This document shows positions 9,440 to 18,125 of a DNA stretch of 64,000 nucleotides, piece by piece; the stretch's first letter is position 1; every line of letters begins with the position of its first letter. Source of the stretch: Candidatus Woesearchaeota archaeon (lineage in GTDB: Archaea; Nanobdellota; Nanobdellia; Woesearchaeales; UBA10216). The stretch covers positions 57,830-121,829 of the forward strand of contig NZCN01000012.1 of the NCBI GenBank assembly GCA_002688315.1. The letters are read 5' to 3'. A program made the translations under genes and the position numbers. Under the pieces are notes generated by a model. The model was not told the DNA's origin. It did not search any database and was given only the letters and a program-made list of their open reading frames with translations.

Positions 9440-11164
9440 TCACATTTTTTCAGGAGCTTCTATTGCTAGTAAGTTTAGGCCATTCTTAAGAACTTGTTTA
9501 ACTGCTGTAATTAACAGTAATCTTGCTTTCTTTACATCTTCCTCTGCTTTTAAGATAGGGTGCTGGTGGTAGAAGTTATTGAATGCCTGCGACAAATCAA
9601 GAAGATAACGTGCAATAAGAAGAGGCTTGTAATTGCTAGCAGCAGCTTCCACTGTTGCTGGGAATTGAGATAGCAATCTTATTAGAAGTTGCTCTTCTTT
9701 TTCTTTGAGCAGAGAAAAATCAGCAGTAGTAGCTACTTTTTTCCCATACTTTTCAAGTATCGAGCAAATTCTTGCGTGAGCATACTGTATGTAAGGCCCT
9801 GTTTCACCTTCAAAATTCATTGCCTGTTCCCAATCAAAAACAAGTTGCTTTTCATTATCTCTGTAAATCATACCAAGTTTAAGAGCTGCAAAGGCTATTT
9901 TTTTTGCAGTTTCATCCACTTGTTTCTGATTCCAGTCTTTATGACGTTTTTTCACTTCAGCAGTTGCTAATGACAACAATTCATCTTTCAATTCATCATA
10001 AAACACAACACTGCCAGATCTAGAAGACATCTTTCCAGTAGGAAGCATAACTAAACCGTAAATTAAATGATAAGACTTTCCTGCAAACTCTTTTTCCTTA
10101 CCACCCATAATCTCTAACGTTTTAAACAACTGCTTGAAATGCAACTCCTGTTCTTTTCCAACAACGTGAATTGACTTATCAAGACTGTACTTAGACATTT
10201 TCTTTTGCGCCAAAGCAATATCTTTTGAAGAGTAAAGCGCGGTTCCATCCTGCGTAACAAGGACAAAAATTCCTAACTTATGCGACTTTAAATCAATTAT
10301 CACCGCTCCATCACTTTCTTTAGCAATGCCTTTTTTAAGAAGTTGTTTTGAAATATCTCTAGCTGGGAATTCCATCCCGCTTTCAAAATACAACTCTTTA
10401 TACTTCACTCCAAAATCTTTATACATTTCCTCAAATTCATCAAGACACCATTGCCTGGTTTCATTCCATAATTTATTTAATTCTTTATCCTTGTTGTATA
10501 TCTTTAGTAGAAGCTGTTTAACTTCTGCTTCTAACTTTTCGTTTCCTTCAATTGTTTTGTTTGCATTAACGTAAACATCAGCAAGCCATCTCAATCTGTT
10601 AGCTGATGGCGGTTTTCCAAATTTTTTGATGTTAATCATGCCCCACAAACATTTAGCAACGTGCGGCCCAATATCTCCCTGATAATTTACTCTCACTACT
10701 TTGTTCCCTGTAAACTCTAATGTTCGACTGATTGATTCTCCAAGACAAATATTTCTTATGTGGCCAATGTGAACTGCCTTGTGCGTGTTAGCGTGAAAAA
10801 ACTCAACCATTACTGTTTTCTTTCCATTTTTACTGCTTCCATACGCTTCTTTTTTATTCAGAATATCAGCAACTGTTGACTCGGCAACTTCCTCTTTATC
10901 CACAAAAAAGTTAAGGTACGGGCCAGTGGCTTGCACTTTTGTTACTTTTTTACCTGGTTTTATCTTATCTGCCAAATCATTTGCTATCTCTTGCGGTGAC
11001 TTTTTGTATATTCTTGCCAGAACAAAGCACGGAAAAGCATAATCGCCAAATTCCTGCTGAGGCACTTCTATCAGCTCAGAAACTTTGCTTTTATCAAATT
11101 CTTTGTTTGAAATGGATTTTACAAGTATTGCAACAACTTCTTCCTTAAACGAATCTTCTGCCAT
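9440..11164 (-). CDS. argS: arginyl-tRNA synthetase
   Basis: Class I HIGH variant (ANTHKAVHIGH), MSSR (KMSKS-like) motif, and a C-terminal DALR-type anticodon-binding region. Confidence 0.95.
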   Translation of the reverse strand: MAEDSFKEEVVAILVKSISNKEFDKSKVSELIEVPQQEFGDYAFPCFVLARIYKKSPQEIANDLADKIKPGKKVTKVQATGPYLNFFVDKEEVAESTVADILNKKEAYGSSKNGKKTVMVEFFHANTHKAVHIGHIRNICLGESISRTLEFTGNKVVRVNYQGDIGPHVAKCLWGMINIKKFGKPPSANRLRWLADVYVNANKTIEGNEKLEAEVKQLLLKIYNKDKELNKLWNETRQWCLDEFEEMYKDFGVKYKELYFESGMEFPARDISKQLLKKGIAKESDGAVIIDLKSHKLGIFVLVTQDGTALYSSKDIALAQKKMSKYSLDKSIHVVGKEQELHFKQLFKTLEIMGGKEKEFAGKSYHLIYGLVMLPTGKMSSRSGSVVFYDELKDELLSLATAEVKKRHKDWNQKQVDETAKKIAFAALKLGMIYRDNEKQLVFDWEQAMNFEGETGPYIQYAHARICSILEKYGKKVATTADFSLLKEKEEQLLIRLLSQFPATVEAAASNYKPLLIARYLLDLSQAFNNFYHQHPILKAEEDVKKARLLLITAVKQVLKNGLNLLAIEAPEKM

Positions 11165-11210
11165 AACTGTTATTTAACCACGCGGTTCTTAAATTTTGTC
11201 ATAAAAACCC

Positions 11211-11229
11211 GAAAATCTTGCGGATTTTT
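11211..11229 (+). promoter_or_regulatory. palindromic motif GAAAATC-TTGCG-GATTTTT upstream of the Lrp/AsnC-like gene
   Basis: 18-nt identity with 12113-12130; inverted-repeat arms; about 43 nt upstream of ATG 11272. Confidence 0.5.
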
Positions 11230-11271
11230 CAGGCATAGTTTTATTAAGGAGTTTTTTCATTAACTTATTTT

Positions 11272-11715
11272 ATGATTTCAAGCAGAAAAAACAAAAATAA
11301 CCTGGAAATAGCTTTGATAAAAAAAATGCGAAAAAATTCTCATGAACATTTATCAGAAATATCACGCAAATTAAAACGACCACAGACAACTGTTTTTGAA
11401 GCAGAAAAAAAATTAATAAGAAAAGAAATCATTACAAGATATTACACTTCAATTGACTTTGAAACTGCAGGATTTTCGATAAGAACTGGATTCATGATGG
11501 ATTCTGAAGAAAAAAAAATTGATAATTTACTTGAAAAACTAAGCAAAAACATTCATGTTAATAATTTGCAAATTTTAAACGGTTCTGCCAATCTATTTGT
11601 TGAAGCAATATTCAAAAACATTCGACAATTTCTCAAATTTAATGAGCAATTAAAAGGAACGAAAAATGTTTTCTACATAACAGAAGAGCTTAAAACAGAA
11701 GGCGTTCTAAACTGA
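11272..11715 (+). CDS. Lrp/AsnC-family transcriptional regulator
   Basis: N-terminal HTH (LSEISRKLKRPQTTVFEAEKKL) followed by a RAM-like alpha/beta C-terminal domain. Confidence 0.65.
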   Translation: MISSRKNKNNLEIALIKKMRKNSHEHLSEISRKLKRPQTTVFEAEKKLIRKEIITRYYTSIDFETAGFSIRTGFMMDSEEKKIDNLLEKLSKNIHVNNLQILNGSANLFVEAIFKNIRQFLKFNEQLKGTKNVFYITEELKTEGVLN

Positions 11716-11753
11716 ACGAAATCTTTTTAAATAAGTAATGTTCGTTTTATAGC

Positions 11754-12023
11754 ATGTTAATGATTGAATTAATTCTTGGTTTTATGATGGGACTTATTTT
11801 TACCATATTTTATGTCCTTGGCCACGATGTTATTGCTAACAAAACAAAGAAAAAGCCAATAATAAGAGTTAAAAGATTCCATTTTCACCATAGTCTTTAC
11901 GGCATTGCCTTAATCTTCGCATCGTTTTTTATCATAGGCCCTATTCTGTTTGGAACCGGATTAGGCATAATCTTCAAGCACACCCGTGATGAAAAAAAGT
12001 TCACATTTATCGATAAATCCTAA
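11754..12023 (+). CDS. small membrane protein (89 aa)
   Basis: Two hydrophobic helices. Confidence 0.45.
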   Translation: MLMIELILGFMMGLIFTIFYVLGHDVIANKTKKKPIIRVKRFHFHHSLYGIALIFASFFIIGPILFGTGLGIIFKHTRDEKKFTFIDKS

Positions 12024-12135
12024 AGGATTTCCGGTTTCTTTGAAAATCCTTCGAAAAAAGCCTGTTTTTCCGGAAGATTTCCGGATTGTTTGTTAGAATT
12101 TTCAACTTCTCTGAAAATCTTGCGGATTTTCTTGG
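12021..12135 (+). repeat. dispersed intergenic element, copy A
   Basis: Shares a 27-nt identical block (12036-12062) and a roughly 30-nt block (12101-12131) with the inverted copy at 32105-32232. Contains the hairpin AAGGATTT/AAATCCTT (12023-12051) and the palindrome GAAAATC-TTGCG-GATTTTC (12113-12131). Confidence 0.8.
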
Positions 12136-12184
12136 TAAAGATGTATTAAACTGTTTTACCACTAATTCTTTGAGGTGATTGAAA

Positions 12185-12610
12185 ATGAGTTTAGCAACCG
12201 TAATAACAAGAACATTATTTGGCGCAGCTGCCGCAGGCATATTATACGCAACAGTAGGAGGTGCTTTGCCTTTCAATAAATCAGACCTGCAAATTGAATC
12301 AGGCTTTGCAAACCCAAAATACGGGGCATTAGACACTCCAGTAAATGAAAACGGAAATTCAGAGTATTTCTACAACTATGATGACGGGCTAATAAAAGTT
12401 ACTTTGCCGATTGTAGATGGCCCATTTGGACCTTTAGTTGGAGATTCAGATTACCATTGGAGAAGCATGGATGTTGAGACTAAATCAAAATTAGTTGATG
12501 AAAACTGGAACGATTTGCAAATTGAAACAAGAAAATCAATCTTATCCAATGAACTTGAAACAATGATTGAAAATTACAGAGGCGTGTCAAATGGAAGAAC
12601 AGAAAACTAA
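12185..12610 (+). CDS. hypothetical N-terminally anchored protein (141 aa)
   Basis: GAGGTGA Shine-Dalgarno 6 nt before ATG 12185; N-terminal hydrophobic helix. Confidence 0.55.
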   Translation: MSLATVITRTLFGAAAAGILYATVGGALPFNKSDLQIESGFANPKYGALDTPVNENGNSEYFYNYDDGLIKVTLPIVDGPFGPLVGDSDYHWRSMDVETKSKLVDENWNDLQIETRKSILSNELETMIENYRGVSNGRTEN

Positions 12611-13652
12611 AAAGAAAACAGCGTATGAACGATCTATTGAACGTCTCGAAGCAAAATTAGGTGATGTAAATGATACATTACCAGCTGATGTAATTAAAAA
12701 TCCAGAAGAAATCTTAAGACAAGTTGTTGATTTGCAAAAACATCTGGAAGAAAGATTTGCTACAAACCAGAATGAGGTGCAATCTGCTTATTTTACTGCA
12801 AAACGCGCAATATTTTTAGGGGCATCGCGTTATTTCAGCAGTGTAGACGCTACTTTATACCAAAACGACGTCCCGCAGTTAATAGTAAACCAAAGAGCTC
12901 TAACTAATCTTTTAGTCAAAGCTGTCAAAAAAACCAGAAAAGAAATGTGGAACTCATATCAAGTCTTAGAAGGCTACAGACAAGAAACAGGATCTACTTT
13001 AGGGAAAAAACTGGAAAATTATTCTCGTTTAGAACGTAAATTAGAAGGTATTGATGCAGCTGAAGAAGATTTAGAACAAGATGAAGCTACAGTAAATGGC
13101 ACAAATAATACATATGCGCAAAAGGTGTTAAATGAAGGGGATCTATTATTAGCTGGGGCTTCTGTTAGGAGTTCAATTGAGAGTCTAGAAGATGATATAA
13201 GATACAACCATGAGAACGTAGAAAGATTGAAATATGAACAATTGGTAGTTCTCCAATGTGTGCAAAAACATGACCGAGCAACCGCAAGCCTAAAAAAACT
13301 TGGAGAACAGCAAGCAATAGCTTACACAGTGCTTTCTGCATTTGATGAAGGACGAAACAGTATTGAAACAGCAAACCAAGCAATGGGAGTCCTATCGGAG
13401 AGCATATTTACAAGCCAACAATTAGTAACCTCTGCTTTTGAACGCATAAGGATAAGCGGAGATCAAATAGAAGCGAAAAACCAACCAAGAGAAACTGCAA
13501 CGAGGTCTTCAAAAAACATGTCAGAAAATTTAAGAGATTCAATACAGATAACAGACAACCATGAATACGTAGAACGACTTCGCGAAAATTCAATTAAAGA
13601 CTTCAAGAGACTGAGAAAAGAAGAAAGAAAAAGATACAACCAAGAAACTTAG
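12591..13652 (+). CDS. coiled-coil protein (about 353 aa)
   Basis: Long charged heptad-rich ORF. ATG 12591 (alternative TTG 12567) overlaps the upstream gene. Confidence 0.6.
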   Translation: MEEQKTKKKTAYERSIERLEAKLGDVNDTLPADVIKNPEEILRQVVDLQKHLEERFATNQNEVQSAYFTAKRAIFLGASRYFSSVDATLYQNDVPQLIVNQRALTNLLVKAVKKTRKEMWNSYQVLEGYRQETGSTLGKKLENYSRLERKLEGIDAAEEDLEQDEATVNGTNNTYAQKVLNEGDLLLAGASVRSSIESLEDDIRYNHENVERLKYEQLVVLQCVQKHDRATASLKKLGEQQAIAYTVLSAFDEGRNSIETANQAMGVLSESIFTSQQLVTSAFERIRISGDQIEAKNQPRETATRSSKNMSENLRDSIQITDNHEYVERLRENSIKDFKRLRKEERKRYNQET

Positions 13653-13765
13653 CTATTAAAAAACTAAAAGGTTTAAATAGAACAACAACACAATTTGCAC
13701 CATGGTACGTGGAATGATTGTAACAGGATTGGAAAAATGGGTTGGGCTCGGTAAAGTAAAATACA

Positions 13766-14056
13766 GTGGAAAAGACGATATCGAAGACCCTAGCTGGATA
13801 TATAAAGAATTTGGTTGGAAATACGATGACAGAAAACAAAGAAAACGACGCTCCAAAAAACCCTGAAATAATTGGATCATTTTTATTGGCTGTTCAAGGT
13901 GTAAGATTTCCAAATGGCGAAACTTCTATTAATATACGCACAAAAAATAAAAGTTTGCCTTTTGAAGTTGTACTGATGCAAATTAAATCATGGCTTAGAA
14001 ATCGAGAAAATAAATATTACGAAGTTTTTGATAAAAACTTTGACAACTTATTCTGA
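13766..14056 (+). CDS. hypothetical protein
   Basis: ORF only. The real start may be ATG 13826. An overlapping 54-codon ORF (13702-13866) exists in another frame. Confidence 0.3.
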   Translation: MEKTISKTLAGYIKNLVGNTMTENKENDAPKNPEIIGSFLLAVQGVRFPNGETSINIRTKNKSLPFEVVLMQIKSWLRNRENKYYEVFDKNFDNLF

Positions 14057-14611
14057 AAACATCATAGTTGTAAATGTATACACCTTAAGATTAGAGTTTT
14101 TCCATTCTTCAGGCGCAAGGCCTGATTTTTCAATGGTTTTCTCAAGGTAATCCCTTGAAGTGAAACCTCTGCGCATGGCAAATATAGGGAGCTGCATAGC
14201 CTTAAAAGGGCCGTACCGTATCATTAACCCATGCTTTTTAGGATTTATTTTTTTAAAATATTCTTCTGGTTTTTTTACTTTTAATTCTTTAACTTCTTTT
14301 ATCAGAACAACTTCAAATCTTACATTAGTAAATTCTGCTTTTGTTAAATTGCGAAATCTTGGGTCCATAAAAGCAGCACCGCGAGCAGCTCTTTTAATTC
14401 CGTCAGCAAGCTTAAAAGTCCCAGGAGGGTAGCCGAAACTGCCTCTCAACTCTTTTTTCTTGTAAATGTTCACAAACACACCTATTTCCTCAGATAATTT
14501 CTTTCGGACATCTGGTTTTAAGTGTAGATTTCTATTGGAGAAAGCAGCATTCACAGTTTCACGAGCTATATGCAAAAGTTCATTACCCAGCTTTTTTGAA
14601 AATGCAGGCAT
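14048..14611 (-). CDS. AMMECR1-domain protein
   Basis: ELRGSFGYP (LRGCIG-like) and HGLMIRYG...LPIFA motifs typical of AMMECR1. Confidence 0.75.
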   Translation of the reverse strand: MPAFSKKLGNELLHIARETVNAAFSNRNLHLKPDVRKKLSEEIGVFVNIYKKKELRGSFGYPPGTFKLADGIKRAARGAAFMDPRFRNLTKAEFTNVRFEVVLIKEVKELKVKKPEEYFKKINPKKHGLMIRYGPFKAMQLPIFAMRRGFTSRDYLEKTIEKSGLAPEEWKNSNLKVYTFTTMMFSE

Positions 14612-14654
14612 ACACAGAATTATGGAGATAACAGTTTATATGCTTTTTTATTTT

Positions 14655-14927
14655 CTACTTAACTTTCTTAAATTCTTTTCTTAATTTGCTGGCAGAATCA
14701 GCAAGCTTAGAAGCAGCATCTGACAATGCTTTTCTTGGTTTTTCTCCGTCTGTTTCAATTACTATTTTTGGAACTCCGACAAGAGGATGGTCTATTGAAT
14801 AAGTTGCAGTTTTCACATGCTTATTAGTCCACAACTCTGTTTTTAAAGCATTCAAAAGTGTGTGATCTGCTCCTTTAACCTCAGCTATAAGCTGTTTTGG
14901 CGATTCCTCAAGAACGTTTAATTCCAT
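14655..14927 (-). CDS. rpoL: DNA-directed RNA polymerase subunit L (Rpo11)
   Basis: GADHTLLNALKTEL and YSIDHPL motifs; ATG 14927 chosen. Confidence 0.8.
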   Translation of the reverse strand: MELNVLEESPKQLIAEVKGADHTLLNALKTELWTNKHVKTATYSIDHPLVGVPKIVIETDGEKPRKALSDAASKLADSASKLRKEFKKVK

Positions 14928-14979
14928 AAAAAAATAGCAGTAGCAACACATTTATAAACGTTTCTGTAATCTAAACATT

Positions 14980-15102
14980 ATGCCAACATCAACGTATTTC
15001 CTGTACATTATTATTTTTGTAGCAGGAGTAGTGATTGGAAGGCTAACAATGGCAATTCAGTATTCTCTTATGAAAAAACATGCAAAAGACAAAAAGTCAT
15101 GA
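14980..15102 (+). CDS. possible 40-aa single-TM peptide
   Basis: Short ORF below the track threshold: hydrophobic helix followed by a Lys-rich tail; no other support. Confidence 0.2.
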   Translation: MPTSTYFLYIIIFVAGVVIGRLTMAIQYSLMKKHAKDKKS

Positions 15103-15708
15103 CTTTACTATTCTGAAGCACGCAACTTCAATTCTATGAATTTTTCTCTTGTGGAAACTGTGAGTGTGCTTTATTGGCAAATTATAGCGCAATAGATGAG
15201 TTATTTCGAAATTTTTTGACTTGCTGAGCTTATCAATGAAATCTATTGATGTTACTTTATGGATGGAATAAATTATGTTAGCAGTTTCAAACGCTTTCAG
15301 AAGAAACTGCTTATCTGCATGCTTTTGTTTAGTTCCAAAAGGAGGATTTTGAATAACAACATCTGCTTTTAATTTAATTTCATTGACATCATTATTGATT
15401 ATTTCATAACTATCGCTTTTTATGTTTAAATCACCAATGTTAACCGCAGCAGTTGCTAAAGCTTCTTCATCATTATCCACAAAATAAATTTTTTTAGCGT
15501 CGAGAAGCAAACAACCAATGCCTAAAATTCCTGTGCCGCATCCGAGATCTGCTATTTTCTTGTTTTTTATATCTCCATTCATGTAAGCTAGCCATAAAAA
15601 ATCTGCAGCTATTTCAGAATCTGTAGTATACTGTTCTGAATGCAGTTCAGGCTTAGAGAATACTTTCAGTTTAGACAACTGAATCGCCAGTTTAGATTTT
15701 GTTATCAT
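15097..15708 (-). CDS. class I SAM-dependent methyltransferase, METTL5/COG2263-like (NPPF motif)
   Basis: DLGCGTGILG SAM motif and VIQNPPFG N6-amino methyltransferase motif. Confidence 0.8.
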   Translation of the reverse strand: MITKSKLAIQLSKLKVFSKPELHSEQYTTDSEIAADFLWLAYMNGDIKNKKIADLGCGTGILGIGCLLLDAKKIYFVDNDEEALATAAVNIGDLNIKSDSYEIINNDVNEIKLKADVVIQNPPFGTKQKHADKQFLLKAFETANIIYSIHKVTSIDFIDKLSKSKNFEITHLLRYNLPIKHTHSFHKRKIHRIEVACFRIVKS

Positions 15709-15789
15709 AATGCAATTGTGTTTTAATCCAACCTTTTAATTCTTTGTAATTAAGTAAGTATTATATATTCGTACTTCAACAAGCACGAT

Positions 15790-16440
15790 ATGTCAAAGAT
15801 TTACGATTGGATTCAAGAACAAATCGATGATGGAATTAGCAAGAAAGAAATAAAAAGACAGCTTAAAACAGATGGATATTCTAAAGATGTTATAAATTTA
15901 GTGGATGAAATTGAAACACCTTATGAACAAACTCTTGAACAAAAAGACCAAAGAAAAAAAATCATAGAAGTAGCTGCAGTAGTTGTTGTTATACTTTCAT
16001 TAGCAGCAGGAGCTTATTACACCTATGGCCTTTATTACTCAACTACAGAGGAAGGAATACTTCTCAATTTATCGAAAAGCTATGGAGAAGTTACTGCAAT
16101 GCAAGTAATTGGCAGATCAATGGAACCAACATTCAATGAAGGAGATATTGTGTTTATTGCAAAATCTGCTGACATTTTTAAAGAAAGTTTTGTTTTAATT
16201 GAATTTGAAACTGCTAATGAACGTTTTATAAGACGCGTTTACGCAACAGAATCTGAGGAAATAGACCCGAACAACCCGATTTTTGCAGACACTCTTCTGT
16301 TAAAACAACTTGAATTCTATGATTACAAACTACCTGAAAACACAATAATCCTTCTCGGAGACAACCCTGCAAAGAGCATAGACAGCAGACAATACGGCAT
16401 AGTGCCTTCAACTTATGTTGTTGGAAAAGTGGTTAAATAA
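15790..16440 (+). CDS. signal peptidase I (S26 family) with N-terminal extension
   Basis: TM helix, GRSMEPT catalytic Ser box, and GDNPAKSIDSRQYG box. Confidence 0.8.
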   Translation: MSKIYDWIQEQIDDGISKKEIKRQLKTDGYSKDVINLVDEIETPYEQTLEQKDQRKKIIEVAAVVVVILSLAAGAYYTYGLYYSTTEEGILLNLSKSYGEVTAMQVIGRSMEPTFNEGDIVFIAKSADIFKESFVLIEFETANERFIRRVYATESEEIDPNNPIFADTLLLKQLEFYDYKLPENTIILLGDNPAKSIDSRQYGIVPSTYVVGKVVK

Positions 16441-16560
16441 GTGCGTGTAACTGAATTCTAATGACAAATATATAAAATATAAACATTCACTCTTTCTTAG
16501 TAATGAATAGAGAAAGATTTATAAAGCCTTTTTGTCATTCTAGCTCATATAGGAAGAACT

Positions 16561-16868
16561 ATGCAAAGCATATTCGGGGTAGGAGCTGCAAACGCGTCAA
16601 TAATTACGCCCTTGGCAGCTGTTGATTTGTTGGGGGTTGCAATGCGCAAGATTATCTTGAAGGATTAAAATTAGAGCTTGAAACAAATGGCGAATTTAGT
16701 TTAGCCAATTTACAGAAACTAAAAGACTTTTACAAGGCAGTAGACCCTCAATACGTAGGGCCAGAATACACTCAAGCAATAGCAGACTGGTATAAGCCAA
16801 TACTTCAAAGCAGAACTTCAGAGAACGGAACACATCAACGAATTATGAATTCGCATTTTAATCCATAA
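16561..16868 (+). pseudogene. putative lipoprotein split by apparent frameshift at a G5 run (16632-16636)
   Basis: The ATG 16561 ORF stops after 36 codons. A start-less frame, open from 16626, runs 81 codons to TAA 16866-16868. One extra G gives MQSIFGVGAANASIITPLAAVDLLGGC..., a lipobox-like signal. Confidence 0.45.
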
Positions 16869-16914
16869 ATTACAGCAATATTTAAATACGAGAACTTGCA
16901 AAGAGCTTATACAA

Positions 16915-18120
16915 ATGAAAAGAGGTGGGAAATTCATACTTTTTTTAGTTGTAATATCTGTCTTGTTTGCACTTTCTACAATTTTTGTTAATGGAAAATT
17001 AGTTTGTGATATAACTAGTGCAGGATGCGCTGATTTAGAACTTTTCAGGCTTAATTCTGACACTAATGCTCATGGAGAACTTGCAGGCCTTGAAAATTAT
17101 AACTGGGAAATTTGCTGTAGTTTTACTGAAGGAGAAGCTTCTGTTTTAGATAATAGCTGTGCTGCTCCTGATGTTCAAGTAACTGCATTATCCAGTGCAA
17201 CTGACGGGCATGCTGAAGTTCCTGGAGAAACAACTTATGACCAATTTGTATGCTTAAGCGCAGATCCTGGAACAGTTACATGCAGAACAATAGAAGCTGG
17301 AAGTTGTGCAGGAGACGAAGAATGCGTATTCAGCCAAAGCACAAGAACCAACGCGCATGCAGGTGATTGCGGAGAAAGCAGCGGAGTTCAATATGGAAAC
17401 ATAACCTGCTGCCAATATTTTGACGAAGCTTGCGGTGCAGAAGGACAAGCTTGTTGTGGAGGGACTTTTTGTTTTGACCCACTTTCATGCAATGCGGATA
17501 CAGTTCTTTGTGAAGATGTTGGCGGATCACCAAGTTGCCCAGGTCTTCCAGCAGGTTCTGGTAAAATTTCAGGCGTTATCACAAACATCACCGGCGATAA
17601 TGTTGAAAATGCGAGAGTAACTGTTGTTGGGAAAGGTTTTGACTTGACTGATGCTTCTGGATTTTATGAGATTGAATTTGCAGACCCTGATGATGGTTCT
17701 CCTTATGATGTTACTATAACGCATGCAGATTATGAAACTGGATTGGCTTTTGGATTAGTTATCCATAATGATGAGTGCCCTCAGAAGAATTTTATTATAT
17801 ACAAGCCAGCTGAAGGCTGCAATAATGATTGCACCATGTCTGATGGTTTGTGTCATGCAGATTGTAATAATAAAGGTGCTTGCTCTTATATCAGTCCAGC
17901 AACAGCTTCTGCTTGTGATTCTAAAGTTCCTGGAATCATAGATTATGGGGATGAACAAATTCTTTGCTGCACTGGAGCTGCTTTTACACCAGTTCAGGCT
18001 AATGTGGGCATAACTTGCGGTGAGAACGTCATAAGTATTGAGAAACCTGTTTTATTCAAAGGAAAGCTTGTGAACATGGTATTGACTGTTTTCGATGCTG
18101 TTGGGTGTGAGGTTAGTTAA
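16915..18120 (+). CDS. Cys-rich secreted/anchored protein with carboxypeptidase-regulatory-like domain
   Basis: N-terminal signal/anchor, about 40 Cys, and a GKISGVITNITGDNVENARVTVVG beta-sandwich motif. Confidence 0.7.
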   Translation: MKRGGKFILFLVVISVLFALSTIFVNGKLVCDITSAGCADLELFRLNSDTNAHGELAGLENYNWEICCSFTEGEASVLDNSCAAPDVQVTALSSATDGHAEVPGETTYDQFVCLSADPGTVTCRTIEAGSCAGDEECVFSQSTRTNAHAGDCGESSGVQYGNITCCQYFDEACGAEGQACCGGTFCFDPLSCNADTVLCEDVGGSPSCPGLPAGSGKISGVITNITGDNVENARVTVVGKGFDLTDASGFYEIEFADPDDGSPYDVTITHADYETGLAFGLVIHNDECPQKNFIIYKPAEGCNNDCTMSDGLCHADCNNKGACSYISPATASACDSKVPGIIDYGDEQILCCTGAAFTPVQANVGITCGENVISIEKPVLFKGKLVNMVLTVFDAVGCEVS

Positions 18121-18125
18121 TTCTT

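Noticed and set aside
12007-12336. 109-aa minus-strand ORF, and the similar 85-aa ORF at 32043-32300
   Set aside because: Both lie on the dispersed intergenic repeat. Their similarity reflects the DNA repeat, and they run antisense to, or overlap, well-supported genes and promoters.
13702-13866. 54-codon ORF overlapping the 96-aa ORF; the two could fuse by deleting one A in the A6 run near 13850
   Set aside because: The fused product is no more recognisable than the separate ORFs, so there is no supporting motif.
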